Shown here piece after piece: positions 7,182-17,931 of a stretch of DNA of 48,229 nucleotides; position 1 is the stretch's first letter, and every line of letters begins with the position of its first letter. Position numbers and translations under genes: made by a program. Below the pieces are notes generated by a model. That model had not been told where the DNA came from. It was given only the letters and a program-made list of their open reading frames with translations, and made no database searches. Origin of the DNA: Fidelibacterota bacterium (GTDB lineage Bacteria; Fidelibacterota; Marinisomatia; Marinisomatales; Marinisomataceae); the NCBI GenBank assembly GCA_014240005.1, contig JAAZXT010000006.1, forward strand, positions 1-48,229. Reading direction: 5' to 3'.

Positions 7182-9044
7182 TTACTCATTAAAAAATTCA
7201 ATAATCTTTATATATAATGACTGACTATCTAAACCTACTTCTTCTAATAATACATTTCTTGGACCATGATCTACAAAATCATTTGGTAATCCAATATTGA
7301 GAATGTCATTTTTTAAATTTTTACTAGAAGACCATGCTGTAACACCTTCTCCAAAGCCTCCATCCAAAACACCTTCTTCAATAGTCACAATCTTAGAAAA
7401 TCTTGAAAAATTATTATTTAAGTATTCTAAGTCCATTGGTTTAATAAATCTACAATTAATGACTTCAGTCTCAATATTTTTTTCTTTTAACCTTTGTACA
7501 ATATTCATACTTCTCTTAACCATAGATCCAACTGCTAGAATTAAAACATCTTTACCTGTAGTCATTACCTCCCAAGATCCAATTTTTATAATATTAGAAT
7601 TAGTATTATCAAAGTTGATTGATGATTCTTTTGGATACCTTATACTAAAAGGGCCTTTACTATAGCTAGTAGCTGTGAATAATAGATTCTTTAATTCATT
7701 ACCATCTTTTGGTGCAGTAACAATCATTCCTTGAATACATTTCATATATGCAATATCTAATACTCCATGGTGCGTTGCTCCGTCCTCTCCTACTAAACCA
7801 GATCTATCTAAACAAAAAACTACAGGCAATTTCTGCAAAGCAATATCATGGATAATTTGATCATAAGCTCTTTGTAAAAATGTAGAATAAATTGCCACTA
7901 TTGGAGTTTTGCCATTCACCGCTAATCCTCCAGCAAATGTTACTGCATGTGCTTCTGCTATCCCTACATCAAAATATTTATCAGGAAATTCTTTGGCAAA
8001 ATTAACTAAACCTGTACCTTCTCGCATTGCAGCAGTAATAGCAACAATATCTTTATTATCTTGTGCTAAACTACAAGATACTTCTCCAAAAACATTCTGA
8101 AAAATAGGTGCTTCTGCAGTTTTTTCAATAGATGTTTCTTTTTTCTCTTTTACTCCGTGATATTTGACAGGATCATCTTCTGCATAATTGAGACCCTTCC
8201 CTTTTTTTGTAATAGTATGCAGGACTACTGGAGTATTTAAATCTTTTATATTATTTAACGTATCGACTAGTTCATTGATATTATGCCCATCTACAGGACC
8301 AAAATATCTAAAACCTAGATCTTCAAATATAGTGGTTGGGAAAAAGAAATTTTTTGCACTTGATTCCGCTTTTTTTAATAAACCTTCGATAAATCTAAAG
8401 TTCTTAGGTAATCTTGTGATTAATCTTCCGATTCTACCTCTTATATAGTTATAAGACTTATTAGTAGTAATCTTAACTAAATAATTCCTAAATGCTCCTA
8501 CGTTAGGGCTAATTGACATGTCATTATCATTCACAATAACTAGTAATTGTTTTTTAAGATGCCCAGCATTGTTAAGTGCTTCAAATGCAAGTCCGCCAGT
8601 TAGGGCTCCATCACCTATGATACTTACTACTTTAAAATTTTCATTATTTAAGTCTCTTGCGCAAGCTATTCCTAGGCCAGAAGAAATAGAAGTTGATGCA
8701 TGTCCGGCTCCAAATACATCATATTCACTTTCGGTTCTTTTTAAAAATCCGCTTAATCCTTTATATTTTCTAATAGTATCAAAAGAATCAAATCTTCCTG
8801 TTAAAACTTTATGTGCATATGCTTGATGGCCAGTATCCCAAATAAGTTTATCTTCGGGTGTATTATAAACATAATGAAGGGCTGTGGTTAATTCTATCGT
8901 ACCTAAAGTTGGAGCTAAATGACCGCCAATCTTATTAATAGTTTCTATGATATATTCTCTTAATTCATTGCAAATAAATTCTAGATCTTCTTTTGAATAA
9001 GATCTTAAATCTTCTGGCGATCTAATATTATTTAAATATTTCAT
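7182..9044 (-). CDS. dxs: 1-deoxy-D-xylulose-5-phosphate synthase
   Basis: WDTGHQAYAHKVLTGR, ThDP-binding IGDGALTGG and transketolase-like C-terminal domains. The 620-aa length fits. Confidence 0.95.
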   Translation of the reverse strand: MKYLNNIRSPEDLRSYSKEDLEFICNELREYIIETINKIGGHLAPTLGTIELTTALHYVYNTPEDKLIWDTGHQAYAHKVLTGRFDSFDTIRKYKGLSGFLKRTESEYDVFGAGHASTSISSGLGIACARDLNNENFKVVSIIGDGALTGGLAFEALNNAGHLKKQLLVIVNDNDMSISPNVGAFRNYLVKITTNKSYNYIRGRIGRLITRLPKNFRFIEGLLKKAESSAKNFFFPTTIFEDLGFRYFGPVDGHNINELVDTLNNIKDLNTPVVLHTITKKGKGLNYAEDDPVKYHGVKEKKETSIEKTAEAPIFQNVFGEVSCSLAQDNKDIVAITAAMREGTGLVNFAKEFPDKYFDVGIAEAHAVTFAGGLAVNGKTPIVAIYSTFLQRAYDQIIHDIALQKLPVVFCLDRSGLVGEDGATHHGVLDIAYMKCIQGMIVTAPKDGNELKNLLFTATSYSKGPFSIRYPKESSINFDNTNSNIIKIGSWEVMTTGKDVLILAVGSMVKRSMNIVQRLKEKNIETEVINCRFIKPMDLEYLNNNFSRFSKIVTIEEGVLDGGFGEGVTAWSSSKNLKNDILNIGLPNDFVDHGPRNVLLEEVGLDSQSLYIKIIEFFNE

Positions 9045-9046
9045 AG

Positions 9047-9610
9047 TTATCCTTTAAAACACAGCTTATGTAGTAACGTTTCATTTTGCAACTCAGGATG
9101 GCAAGTAACTGCCATATGCATACCTTCTTTTACTCCAACAATCTCATTATTATGCTTACAAATTATTTCAACATCTTTTCCTATGCTAGTAATTTTAGGA
9201 GCTCTAATAAATGATGCCTTAATTGATTGAGATTTAACACTCTTACACTCGAAATTAATCGAATCATCAAAAGAATGAACTTGTCTTCCATATGCATTTC
9301 TATCTACTTCAATATCAAGAATATTCATGTTTAATACTTTTTTATCAAAACTATTTTTTGACATAAGAATCAGACCGGCACAAGTACCAAAAATAGGCTT
9401 ATTATCAGAGAAAGATTTTATTCCATCAATAAAACTTTGATCTCTTAATAAAAGATTAGACATTGTTGTCGATTCTCCTCCAGGTAAAATTAAACCTTGA
9501 AGGTTAGATAAGTCTTCTAGATTTTTAACCAATATTGAATCAATCCCAATGTCATTCAGAATCTGAATATGAGATGCAAAGTTGCCTTGTAGAGCCAGAA
9601 CTCCGACCAC
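9047..9610 (-). CDS. pdxT: Pyridoxal 5'-phosphate synthase glutaminase subunit PdxT
   Basis: VGVLALQGNF, LPGGESTT and the catalytic-Cys block GTCAGLIL. It lies immediately downstream of pdxS. The start codon is GTG (9608-9610). Confidence 0.9.
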   Translation of the reverse strand: MVGVLALQGNFASHIQILNDIGIDSILVKNLEDLSNLQGLILPGGESTTMSNLLLRDQSFIDGIKSFSDNKPIFGTCAGLILMSKNSFDKKVLNMNILDIEVDRNAYGRQVHSFDDSINFECKSVKSQSIKASFIRAPKITSIGKDVEIICKHNNEIVGVKEGMHMAVTCHPELQNETLLHKLCFKG

Positions 9611-9612
9611 GA

Positions 9613-10488
9613 TTATTCACCTCTTTCTGAAAACCTCTGATCTTCAGGAATATCTGACATCAATATTCCCTTCATAGCATCTTTCAATTTATAAGATGCG
9701 CTAAGCACTTTCTTAGCATCAGTAAAATGGGTAACAGATTGAACAATAGCATGAGCACGTTCTGAAGGATCTTCGCTTTTAAAAATTCCAGAACCAACAA
9801 ATACTGTTTCAGCGCCTAATTGCATCATTAGAGATGCATCTGCAGGGGTTGCTATTCCTCCAGCAGCAAAATTAGGCACAGGAAGTTTTCCATTTTTAGC
9901 AACTTCTTCTACAAGCGCTAATGGAACTTTAAATTCTTTTGCTTTTTCTGATAAATCTTGCTCTTTAAGTGATTTTAATTCCGAAGTAATCATTTTCATA
10001 TGTCTAACTGCTTCAACAATATTGCCACTACCTGCTTCGCCTTTAGTTCGAATTAACGCTGCACCTTCATTCACTCTTCTTAATGCTTCACCAAGATTGC
10101 GTGCTCCACAGACAAATGGTGCTTTAAAGGGATGTTTATCGACATGAAAGTCTTCATCAGCCATTGTTAAAACTTCACTTTCATCAATAAAATCTACTTC
10201 TAAAGCTTGTAAAATTTGAGCCTCTGCAAAATGGCCAATTCTGCATTTTGCCATCACTGGAATAGAAACATTATCTTGAATTTCTTTAATCATATGAGGA
10301 TTGCTCATTCTAGCAACTCCTCCATCTGTTCTGATATCTGATGGAATTCTTTCTAAAGCCATCACTGAAACAGCTCCTGATTCTTCTGCAATTTTTGCTT
10401 GCTCAACATTTGTGACATCCATTATAACGCCACCTTTTAACATCTCAGCTAATGCAACTTTTGTTTTAAAATCGTACTTTTTACTCAT
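9613..10488 (-). CDS. pdxS: Pyridoxal 5'-phosphate synthase lyase subunit PdxS
   Basis: [18 protein letters not shown]-like block, IDESEVLT and [15 protein letters not shown]. These are highly conserved PdxS/SNZ signatures. Confidence 0.95.
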   Translation of the reverse strand: MSKKYDFKTKVALAEMLKGGVIMDVTNVEQAKIAEESGAVSVMALERIPSDIRTDGGVARMSNPHMIKEIQDNVSIPVMAKCRIGHFAEAQILQALEVDFIDESEVLTMADEDFHVDKHPFKAPFVCGARNLGEALRRVNEGAALIRTKGEAGSGNIVEAVRHMKMITSELKSLKEQDLSEKAKEFKVPLALVEEVAKNGKLPVPNFAAGGIATPADASLMMQLGAETVFVGSGIFKSEDPSERAHAIVQSVTHFTDAKKVLSASYKLKDAMKGILMSDIPEDQRFSERGE

Positions 10489-11347
10489 GAATAATTTCCT
10501 TATCTGTCGTATCTGTTAATTCTTTGACTTTTTTAATTACCAAACTTATAATCCAATCAGGGGTCGATGCGCCTGCAGAAATACCAACCGAATTTATATT
10601 ATTTTTAAACCAAGATGAATCAATTTCTGTAGCATTTGTAACTTGATAAGTGTTTTTATTTCTCTCCAGGCTCAATTCTGTCAATCTTTTAGAATTGGCA
10701 CTTGTAAATGATCCTATAATAAGCATCATATCTGTAATCGTTGATAATTCTTTAATTTGCTGATGATTTCGCTTAGTAGGAAAACAAATAGTATTTATAA
10801 ATCTCAAATCCACCACTTTAGTCATTAAAATACTAATAATATCTTGAACATTTTCTATCGCTTGAGTGGACTGGCTAACTACTCCAGCTTTTTTTGTTTT
10901 TCTTAATTTTTGTGCTTCCTCAATAGATGCAATGATTATTGAATCATCAACTTGACTAGCAATACCTATTACCTCATCATGACCATGATCACCAATAATA
11001 ATAATTTTTCTTCCTTCTGCATGCAACTCTTTGACCTCTCTATGAATGTCATGCACCAATGGGCAGGTGGCATCAATAATATTCATTTTTTTATCTTCTG
11101 CTTTTTTCCACACATCTTTTGAGGTACCATGAGCGCGAAATAAAACTGGTTTATCTTCTGGAATTTCTTCTAATTTTTCTACGACTTTAACGCCTTTTTT
11201 TTCTAAATCTTCGACTACGTTTTCATTATGAACAATATCTCCTAACATATAGACTTCTCCATACTCTTTACTAACGTCATATGCAGCGTTTACCGCATCA
11301 CGAACTCCGAAACAATAACCTGCTGATTTAGCTAATATTATTTTCAT
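10481..11347 (-). CDS. ispH: 4-hydroxy-3-methylbut-2-enyl diphosphate reductase
   Basis: [36 protein letters not shown] and SANSKRL. These include the three Cys ligand contexts of IspH/LytB. Confidence 0.9.
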   Translation of the reverse strand: MKIILAKSAGYCFGVRDAVNAAYDVSKEYGEVYMLGDIVHNENVVEDLEKKGVKVVEKLEEIPEDKPVLFRAHGTSKDVWKKAEDKKMNIIDATCPLVHDIHREVKELHAEGRKIIIIGDHGHDEVIGIASQVDDSIIIASIEEAQKLRKTKKAGVVSQSTQAIENVQDIISILMTKVVDLRFINTICFPTKRNHQQIKELSTITDMMLIIGSFTSANSKRLTELSLERNKNTYQVTNATEIDSSWFKNNINSVGISAGASTPDWIISLVIKKVKELTDTTDKEIIHE

Positions 11348-12329
11348 TATGCCTATTAATATATGTTGACAGAATGTTTAAAACATTAGATTTCACATCA
11401 GAAAATTCTCCTTCTACCAATGCTGCAGCTGCAAAAGGATGTCCACCTCCACCCATTTTTTTTGCAATCTCACTTACTTTATACTTTCCTTTTGATCTGA
11501 AACTTAGCCTAACTTTTCCCTTTAAATCATAAAGCATTACCGATACTTCTACTCCTTTAATGCTTCTAAAAAAATCTGTAAATCCATCAAAATCTTGATT
11601 AGATCCATTTACTTCTTTTACCATATCCTCATTCAAAGCAAACCATACTAATTGTCCATTACAATCAAAATTTAAATTATGAATTACATTACCAAGTAAT
11701 CTAATGCGACTAACAGATGAGCTTTCATAAATTTTTTGATATATTTTCGCAATATCTAACTCCATATTGATTGCATCAACTGCAATTTTATGACTCATCT
11801 CTGTCGTGTTGCTATGTCTAAATGAACCAGTATCTGTAAGAACTGCCACATAAAGACCTAGCATTATATCTTTATCTATTACAGTTTTATCGGTATTGCA
11901 AAAATATGAATATAGTATTTCTCCAACAGAACAAGCCTTCAAATCAATAAAAGTATGTGTAAAAAAATCATTATCAGATTGTGGATGATGATCGATACTT
12001 AGAGTTTCTATAGAATTATCCTCAATAATATAAGCAATATCTCCTAAGCGATAAAAATCTCCAATATCTAGGATAATACCTAGATCAGCATTTTTGATAA
12101 ATCCTGAACTATCTCCATCCAGCTCACAAAAAATATTATCCGTATTTAAAAAACTATACATTTCAGGCACAGGAGAGTGATTTATAATTCTACAGTCTTT
12201 TCCTAGTTTTGTCAAATAGTGGTATACCGCAAAAGCAGAGCCTAAACTATCTCCATCCGGGTTAATGTGTGATGATATAAATATTTTATCTTTTCCAGCA
12301 ATAATTGATTCAATTTTTTTGTAATCCAT
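11328..12329 (-). CDS. nrnA: DHH-family phosphoesterase (NrnA-like oligoribonuclease / pAp phosphatase)
   Basis: SHINPDGDSLGS, the DHH motif in SIDHHPQ, and the DHHA1 GGGH motif in MGGGGHPFAAA. Confidence 0.75.
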   Translation of the reverse strand: MDYKKIESIIAGKDKIFISSHINPDGDSLGSAFAVYHYLTKLGKDCRIINHSPVPEMYSFLNTDNIFCELDGDSSGFIKNADLGIILDIGDFYRLGDIAYIIEDNSIETLSIDHHPQSDNDFFTHTFIDLKACSVGEILYSYFCNTDKTVIDKDIMLGLYVAVLTDTGSFRHSNTTEMSHKIAVDAINMELDIAKIYQKIYESSSVSRIRLLGNVIHNLNFDCNGQLVWFALNEDMVKEVNGSNQDFDGFTDFFRSIKGVEVSVMLYDLKGKVRLSFRSKGKYKVSEIAKKMGGGGHPFAAAALVEGEFSDVKSNVLNILSTYINRHNENNIS

Positions 12330-12334
12330 AACAA

Positions 12335-12874
12335 TTATCTTTGCCAGGTATTCTCAATAATATTTTTATTTTTATTATAAAATCTTGCCAGAACAAAAAA
12401 ATAGTCTGACAACCTATTGAGGTACATTACCACATTATTATTTTCTAGATTATCTGAGTATAATTCAACAACCGTTCTTTCTGCTCTTCTTGTAATCGCT
12501 CTTGCAACATGCAGATTAGCTGAAAAGGAGTCTCCTCCTGGTAGAATAAATTCTTTTAATGGATCTAAAGAAGAATTGTAACGATCAATATGCTTATCTA
12601 ATGAAATAATAGATGCCTCCGTAATAATATTTGCACCATCTTTATTTAAAGATATTTGGCCTCCAATATCAAATAGGTCATTTTGAATAAGCTTCAATTC
12701 ATTAACAACAGAAGAATTATCACAAGCGGTATTACATACACCTATTACGCTACTCAGTTCATCTATATCACCTAAAGCATGAATGATTGCATCATTTTTA
12801 TAAACAGAGCCACCTCGGGCTAAGCCAGTTTTTCCGCTATCTCCATTTCTGGTAGTGACCTTAGTAATACGCAT
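12335..12874 (-). CDS. ATP:cob(I)alamin adenosyltransferase, PduO type
   Basis: N-terminal TRNGDSGKTGL (TxxGDxGxT-type) block and a ~180-aa helical-bundle size, plus ILPGG and RAITRRAER blocks typical of PduO/MMAB. Confidence 0.8.
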   Translation of the reverse strand: MRITKVTTRNGDSGKTGLARGGSVYKNDAIIHALGDIDELSSVIGVCNTACDNSSVVNELKLIQNDLFDIGGQISLNKDGANIITEASIISLDKHIDRYNSSLDPLKEFILPGGDSFSANLHVARAITRRAERTVVELYSDNLENNNVVMYLNRLSDYFFVLARFYNKNKNIIENTWQR

Positions 12875-12880
12875 ATTCGA

Positions 12881-14194
12881 TTACCATATGCCTGAGATTA
12901 ATAAATGAACTATAATACTAGCTACATAACCAATAAAAATAACTCCAGACCATCTTAAATGGCTAGAAAAAGTGTATACCCCTTTTGCTTGACCCATTAG
13001 AGCAACTCCTGGAGCAGAACCAATTGATAACAAACTTCCTCCAACGCCAGCAGTAAGCGTAATCAATAACCATTGATTCAGATCCATTGTTGTCATATCA
13101 TGCATCTGAATTACAGAAAACATAACCGGTATATTGTCTACTAAAGCAGAAACAATTCCCATTAAAGAATTAGCTGCTGTAAAACCTAGCCCATCATAGA
13201 GAGAAGTATTTAATAGTGCTAAATATCCTATCTCAGATAAACCTGCTACACACATAATTACTCCATAAAAGAAAAGTAAGGTATCCCATTCTGCTTGAGC
13301 AACTTGCTTAAAGACTCCAAAAGGTTGATCAGATCCATCTCTCGCAATACTCCTCGGTGCAGAATAAGTACGTTTTAAATAGTATCCAAAAAATTGTAAC
13401 AAACTAAATCCAGTCATCATTCCAAAAACTGGTGGGATATGAAGAAAATTTTCGAAGGAAACTGCTAGAAATATTGTTAACAAGAATAGTAGAATAATAG
13501 TTTTTGCCCCGCGTTTTAATTGGACGGGATTATTTTCAACATCTTTCGATGAACCACTAATAAAAAAACTCATGATAAAAGCTGGAATAATAAAATTTAC
13601 CAAAGAAGGAATAAACAATGAAAAAAACTGAGTAAATTCTACATACCCTGCTTGCCAAACCATTAAAGTTGTAATATCGCCAAATGGACTAAATGCTCCT
13701 CCTGCATTAGCTGCAACAACAATGTTAACACAGCTAATACTAACAAAATTTCTATTTCCTACTCCAACAGCCATCACAACAGCACACATAGTTAAAGCTG
13801 TAGTTAAATTATCTGCTATTGGTGACAGAAAAAATGCTAAGAAACCAGTAATCCAAAATAATGTTTTATAAGAATAATCTTGAGCTAATAGTCTAGATCG
13901 TAATTTCTCAAAGACATTCCTTTCAATCATCGCATTAATAAACGTCATAGCAACCAAAAGAAATAACATTAATTGAGAAAATTCAGAGAATGCATGCATA
14001 ATTGCTTCTTCTACATGATCGGAATTACCATTTTTAGCTCCAACCCCAGCTATCATTGCCCAAATAACACCCGCTGCCAATAAAACAGGTTTTGATTTTC
14101 TTAGCTTCGTGACTTCTTCTGTCATCACAAATCCATATGCAATCAAAAATAGAATTAGAGATGCAATACCTACTGGATGATTTAATAATTCCAT
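12881..14194 (-). CDS. NhaD/ArsB-superfamily ion transporter, likely Na+/H+ antiporter
   Basis: About 437 aa with 10 or more TM helices; the composition and length fit NhaD-type antiporters. The track start 14203 is a TTG, so I prefer ATG 14192-14194 (MELLNHP...). The family call rests on overall resemblance only. Confidence 0.55.
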   Translation of the reverse strand: MELLNHPVGIASLILFLIAYGFVMTEEVTKLRKSKPVLLAAGVIWAMIAGVGAKNGNSDHVEEAIMHAFSEFSQLMLFLLVAMTFINAMIERNVFEKLRSRLLAQDYSYKTLFWITGFLAFFLSPIADNLTTALTMCAVVMAVGVGNRNFVSISCVNIVVAANAGGAFSPFGDITTLMVWQAGYVEFTQFFSLFIPSLVNFIIPAFIMSFFISGSSKDVENNPVQLKRGAKTIILLFLLTIFLAVSFENFLHIPPVFGMMTGFSLLQFFGYYLKRTYSAPRSIARDGSDQPFGVFKQVAQAEWDTLLFFYGVIMCVAGLSEIGYLALLNTSLYDGLGFTAANSLMGIVSALVDNIPVMFSVIQMHDMTTMDLNQWLLITLTAGVGGSLLSIGSAPGVALMGQAKGVYTFSSHLRWSGVIFIGYVASIIVHLLISGIW

Positions 14195-14264
14195 AAAAAA
14201 CAATTTAAATCAAATAGCTATAAAAAATGACCAAAATCGAATAAATATTATTTAAATTTCCTAT

Positions 14265-14426
14265 ATGGAATATCTACTAGTAATTGGAATATTTGGACTA
14301 TGTGTTTTAGCAATGAATATTGGACTAATTTTTAGAAATAAACCTCTTAAGAAAGCATGTGGAGATTCTCCAGATGGATGTGAAATTTGTGGCGGCGAAC
14401 CAGATCGCTGTGAAAACAATATTTAA
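14265..14426 (+). CDS. nqrM: Na+-NQR maturation factor NqrM (DUF539-like), 53 aa
   Basis: Below the ORF-track cut-off. Own translation: MEYLLVIGIFGLCVLAMNIGLIFRNKPLKKACGDSPDGCEICGGEPDRCENNI*. It has one TM helix followed by four closely spaced Cys residues, the NqrM architecture. It lies next to apbE and nqr. Confidence 0.7.
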   Translation: MEYLLVIGIFGLCVLAMNIGLIFRNKPLKKACGDSPDGCEICGGEPDRCENNI

Positions 14427-15442
14427 TTCTTAGGAAAATTTTCTGAAACTATTTGCTTAAAACTCATATCTGGGTCAACTAAAATCATTAATCCCTCAAA
14501 GTCTGTCTCTTCAAAAAAGTTATTTATATCATTAGTTTCCATCATATAGAGCGCTGTTGCTAAACCATCTGCTTCCATACATGATGTTTCAGCAAATACT
14601 GATATAGATGCAAGCTGAGACATAATAGGGTATCCTGTTAAAGGATTGATTTCATGATGATAAAATCTATTATCTTTATCTATATAAAAATTTCTATAAT
14701 TACCTGATGTTGCAATAGATGCATTTTTAATTGAAGCAACATATTCAATTTCATTGGATATATTATCTATTGATGGAGTATTGATACCAACTCTCCAAAT
14801 CTTTCCATTTGATTTTCCTCTAACTTCTCCACCGATTTCTACAAAAATATTGTCATAGTTTAAGCTTTCAATAATTTTATCTACAGCATAGCCCTTAGCT
14901 ATAGAACTTAAATCAATTTGAACTCTGGCATCTTTTTTTCTAATCTTATTTTTTTCAATTTCAATTAAATCCTGACTCACAAAGACTAAAATACTATCTA
15001 TATCAGTGGCTGTAGGAACATCTGAAAATTTATCTGGACCAAACCCCCAAAGATTTACCAATGGCATAACAGTAATATCATAAAGTCCATTAGATATTTC
15101 ATAATAATCAAACGAAGATTTTACTACAAAGGCAAAATCTTCAGATATAGTCATCCATTCTGTATTTTTTATTGTATTAAATTTTGAGATTTCACTATCA
15201 ATGATATAAGTGGACATTTGCATATTAATATCTCTTAAAATCTCTTCAATTCTATCTCTATTTTCTTTGATATCATCATTGCTCTTGATATCAGTAGCAT
15301 ATTTAACCGTGTATGTAGTTCCCATAGTATTACCAGAGATTGTTGGAAAATGATAAGTATTATTTTTTGAAGAATTTTCTAGAGAGTTACAGCTAATTAA
15401 AAATAAAATAAATAAATAAGATCTACTACCCAAAATCATCAT
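14423..15442 (-). CDS. apbE: FAD:protein FMN transferase ApbE (lipoprotein)
   Basis: Lipobox FLISC after a signal peptide, with EIGGEVRG and ATSGNYRNF blocks typical of ApbE. It lies directly downstream of nqrF. The track start 15448 is TTG; ATG at 15440-15442 is preferred. Confidence 0.85.
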   Translation of the reverse strand: MMILGSRSYLFILFLISCNSLENSSKNNTYHFPTISGNTMGTTYTVKYATDIKSNDDIKENRDRIEEILRDINMQMSTYIIDSEISKFNTIKNTEWMTISEDFAFVVKSSFDYYEISNGLYDITVMPLVNLWGFGPDKFSDVPTATDIDSILVFVSQDLIEIEKNKIRKKDARVQIDLSSIAKGYAVDKIIESLNYDNIFVEIGGEVRGKSNGKIWRVGINTPSIDNISNEIEYVASIKNASIATSGNYRNFYIDKDNRFYHHEINPLTGYPIMSQLASISVFAETSCMEADGLATALYMMETNDINNFFEETDFEGLMILVDPDMSFKQIVSENFPKN

Positions 15443-16655
15443 AATCAATCATATCTTCTTCAACACCTAAATTCCAAAGCATATTCTGTACAGCACTAAT
15501 CATCATCGGTGGACCACACAGATAATATTCACATTCAGTAGGATCTTCATGATTTTCAAGATACATATCATGTGCAACTTGATGAATGAAGCCTTGAGGA
15601 CCATCCCAATTATCTTCTGGAAGAGGATCTGAAAGAGCTACTTGATAAGTAAAATTATCAAACTCTTCAGCTAGAGCTTTAAATTCATCATCATAAAACA
15701 TTTCTTTTTCAGATCGAGCGCCATACCAAAATGAAATTTTACGTGTTGTTTTTTCTGTCTTTAATAAATGAAAAATATGAGATCTTAATGGAGCCATTCC
15801 TGCTCCACCACCAATATATACCATTTCACGATCCGTATCTTTGATATAGAATTCTCCGTATGGTCCTGACACAGTTACCTTGTCTCCCTTTTTCAAATTA
15901 AAAGTATAAGAAGATGCAATACCTGGAGGAACAGTAGGATTATTAGGTGGAGGACTAGCAATACGGATATTTAACATAATGATATTACCTTCAGCTGGAT
16001 GATTTGCCATAGAATAAGCTCTAAAAACTGGTTCCTTATTTTCAGCTTTATACTGCCAAATATCAAATTTATCCCAATCGCTAGTATACATATCTTGTAT
16101 TTCGAAATTTTTATAATCTAAATCTTTATACTGAGGAACATCAATTTGAATATACCCACCTGATTCAAAAACAATGGGATCATCTTCTGGTAATTCAAGG
16201 ATTAATTCTTTAATAAAAGTTGCTACATTGTCATTAGACTTAACGACTGCATCCCATTTTCTAATACTAAAAATTTCATCTGGAACTTGGATTTTCATGT
16301 CATTTCTAACTTTTACCTGACAACCTAATCTCCAATTATCTTTTTGATCTTTTCTATTAATATATGCTGCTTCAATAGGTAAAATATCTCCTCCGCCTTC
16401 AGTAACCTGGCATTTGCATTGAGAACAAGTACCTTGACCGCCACATGCGGAAGGTAGATAAACATTCTGTGCTGCTAAAGCAGATAATACTGTAACTCCA
16501 GTATCAACAGTTAAAGACTTGTCTGGATCATCATTGATTACTATCGTGACTTCTCCTTGAGGTAATAAAATACTTCCAAGAACATTTAACACAATTATTA
16601 ATAAAAGTATTATAGATGTAAAAACTGCTACGCCAAGAAATATGGTTTCGTTCAT
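15426..16655 (-). CDS. nqrF: Na+-translocating NADH:quinone oxidoreductase subunit F
   Basis: N-terminal TM, 2Fe-2S ligands CGGQGTCSQCKC, FAD site RAYSMAN and NADH site GGGAGMAP. Confidence 0.95.
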   Translation of the reverse strand: MNETIFLGVAVFTSIILLLIIVLNVLGSILLPQGEVTIVINDDPDKSLTVDTGVTVLSALAAQNVYLPSACGGQGTCSQCKCQVTEGGGDILPIEAAYINRKDQKDNWRLGCQVKVRNDMKIQVPDEIFSIRKWDAVVKSNDNVATFIKELILELPEDDPIVFESGGYIQIDVPQYKDLDYKNFEIQDMYTSDWDKFDIWQYKAENKEPVFRAYSMANHPAEGNIIMLNIRIASPPPNNPTVPPGIASSYTFNLKKGDKVTVSGPYGEFYIKDTDREMVYIGGGAGMAPLRSHIFHLLKTEKTTRKISFWYGARSEKEMFYDDEFKALAEEFDNFTYQVALSDPLPEDNWDGPQGFIHQVAHDMYLENHEDPTECEYYLCGPPMMISAVQNMLWNLGVEEDMIDYDDFG

Positions 16656-17278
16656 TATAAATCTATCCCTGAAAATGCCATGAATGCCATAGAAAGCAAT
16701 CCAGTTAATAACATTGCCATTCCTACCCCTCTTAATCTTGGAGGTATATTTGAATAACGTAATCTATATCGTACTGATGCCAATGCTAGAATAGCGAGGA
16801 AAAAACCAACTCCAGATCCAAATCCATATACTATAGTTTCGGTAAGATTATATTCTCTTTCTACCATAAATAAAGATCCACCCAATATTGAACAGTTTAC
16901 AGCAATTAAAGGTAAGAATATTCCTAAACTGCTATAAAGAGCCTGTGAAAAACGCTCCATAAACATCTCAACCAGCTGTACCATTGCTGCAATTACTGAT
17001 ATAAAAACAATTAATCTTAAGAAGTCTAAATTTACATCAATAAAATCTGGACTAAGCCATACCAGTGCACCTTTATCTAGAAAATAGGTGTTAATAAACC
17101 AATTAATTGGAGCAGTAATAGTTAATACAACAACTACAGCCATTCCAATACCAACAGAAGCATCTATTTTTTTTGAAATAGCTAAAAATGAACATAATCC
17201 TAGAAAGTATGCTAGAACAATATTTTCAATAAATACTGCTTTGGTAAAAATACTCAAATAATGTTCAAATCCACCCAT
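16655..17278 (-). CDS. nqrE: Na+-NQR subunit E
   Basis: FEHYLSIFTKAVFIENIVLAYFLGLCSFLAISKK closely matches the conserved NqrE/RnfA N-terminus. Has six TM segments. Confidence 0.9.
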   Translation of the reverse strand: MGGFEHYLSIFTKAVFIENIVLAYFLGLCSFLAISKKIDASVGIGMAVVVVLTITAPINWFINTYFLDKGALVWLSPDFIDVNLDFLRLIVFISVIAAMVQLVEMFMERFSQALYSSLGIFLPLIAVNCSILGGSLFMVEREYNLTETIVYGFGSGVGFFLAILALASVRYRLRYSNIPPRLRGVGMAMLLTGLLSMAFMAFSGIDL

Positions 17279-17931
17279 TATTCACCTTCCTCAATTCCAA
17301 ATAATTCTCTTTGTGTCCAAATAACTAATCCTAATATAAAAAATGCGCCAGGCGACAATACTAACAGACCAATATTCTCATACCCTGCTGCATACCAGGC
17401 TTCAGGAATGCTAAATAATACATAACCTGCACCCCCATCAGGTAAAGTAATAGTGCCTGCACCAAATAATTCTCTAAAAAATGATACAATAATGATAATC
17501 ATTCCATATCCAAGACCATTACCAAGACCATCTAAAAATGCTTTTGATGGGCCATGCTTTAATGCAAACGCCTCCGCTCTTCCCATGATAATACAATTAG
17601 TAATAATTAGGCCAACAAAAACTGATAATTGCTTACTCATATCATACAAATATGCCTGTAGCACTTGATCTACAATAGTAACAAGTGAGGCAATAATAGA
17701 TAGCATGACGACAATTCTGACACGACTTGGAATAAAGTTTCTTAATGCAGAAAGAATAACATTCGAAGAACAAAGCACAAAAATAACTGCAATAGTCATA
17801 ATTATAGCTTGATCTAGACGTATCGTAACTGCTAAAGCAGAACATATTCCAAGTACCTGTAAAGATATTGGATTATTAATGCTTAGCGGATCGCTAATAA
17901 TTTTCTTTGATTCTGAATTAAATATTTCCAT
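17278..17931 (-). CDS. nqrD: Na+-NQR subunit D
   Basis: [18 protein letters not shown] is the conserved NqrD/RnfE block. The position in the operon fits. Confidence 0.9.
   Translation of the reverse strand: MEIFNSESKKIISDPLSINNPISLQVLGICSALAVTIRLDQAIIMTIAVIFVLCSSNVILSALRNFIPSRVRIVVMLSIIASLVTIVDQVLQAYLYDMSKQLSVFVGLIITNCIIMGRAEAFALKHGPSKAFLDGLGNGLGYGMIIIIVSFFRELFGAGTITLPDGGAGYVLFSIPEAWYAAGYENIGLLVLSPGAFFILGLVIWTQRELFGIEEGE

Noticed and set aside
7297-7665. 122-aa plus-strand ORF inside dxs (likewise 7909-8100, 8188-8448 and 8518-8826)
   Set aside because: These are antisense shadow frames of a strongly conserved gene. Long antisense ORFs are expected in the frame opposite RNY-biased codons, and they show no motifs.
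17642-17845. Cys/Tyr-rich 67-aa ORF on the same strand as nqrD in another frame
   Set aside because: The Cys/Tyr richness is what frame-shifted reading of Ile/Val/Ala-rich membrane codons produces. The ORF is fully nested in nqrD with no independent start signal.
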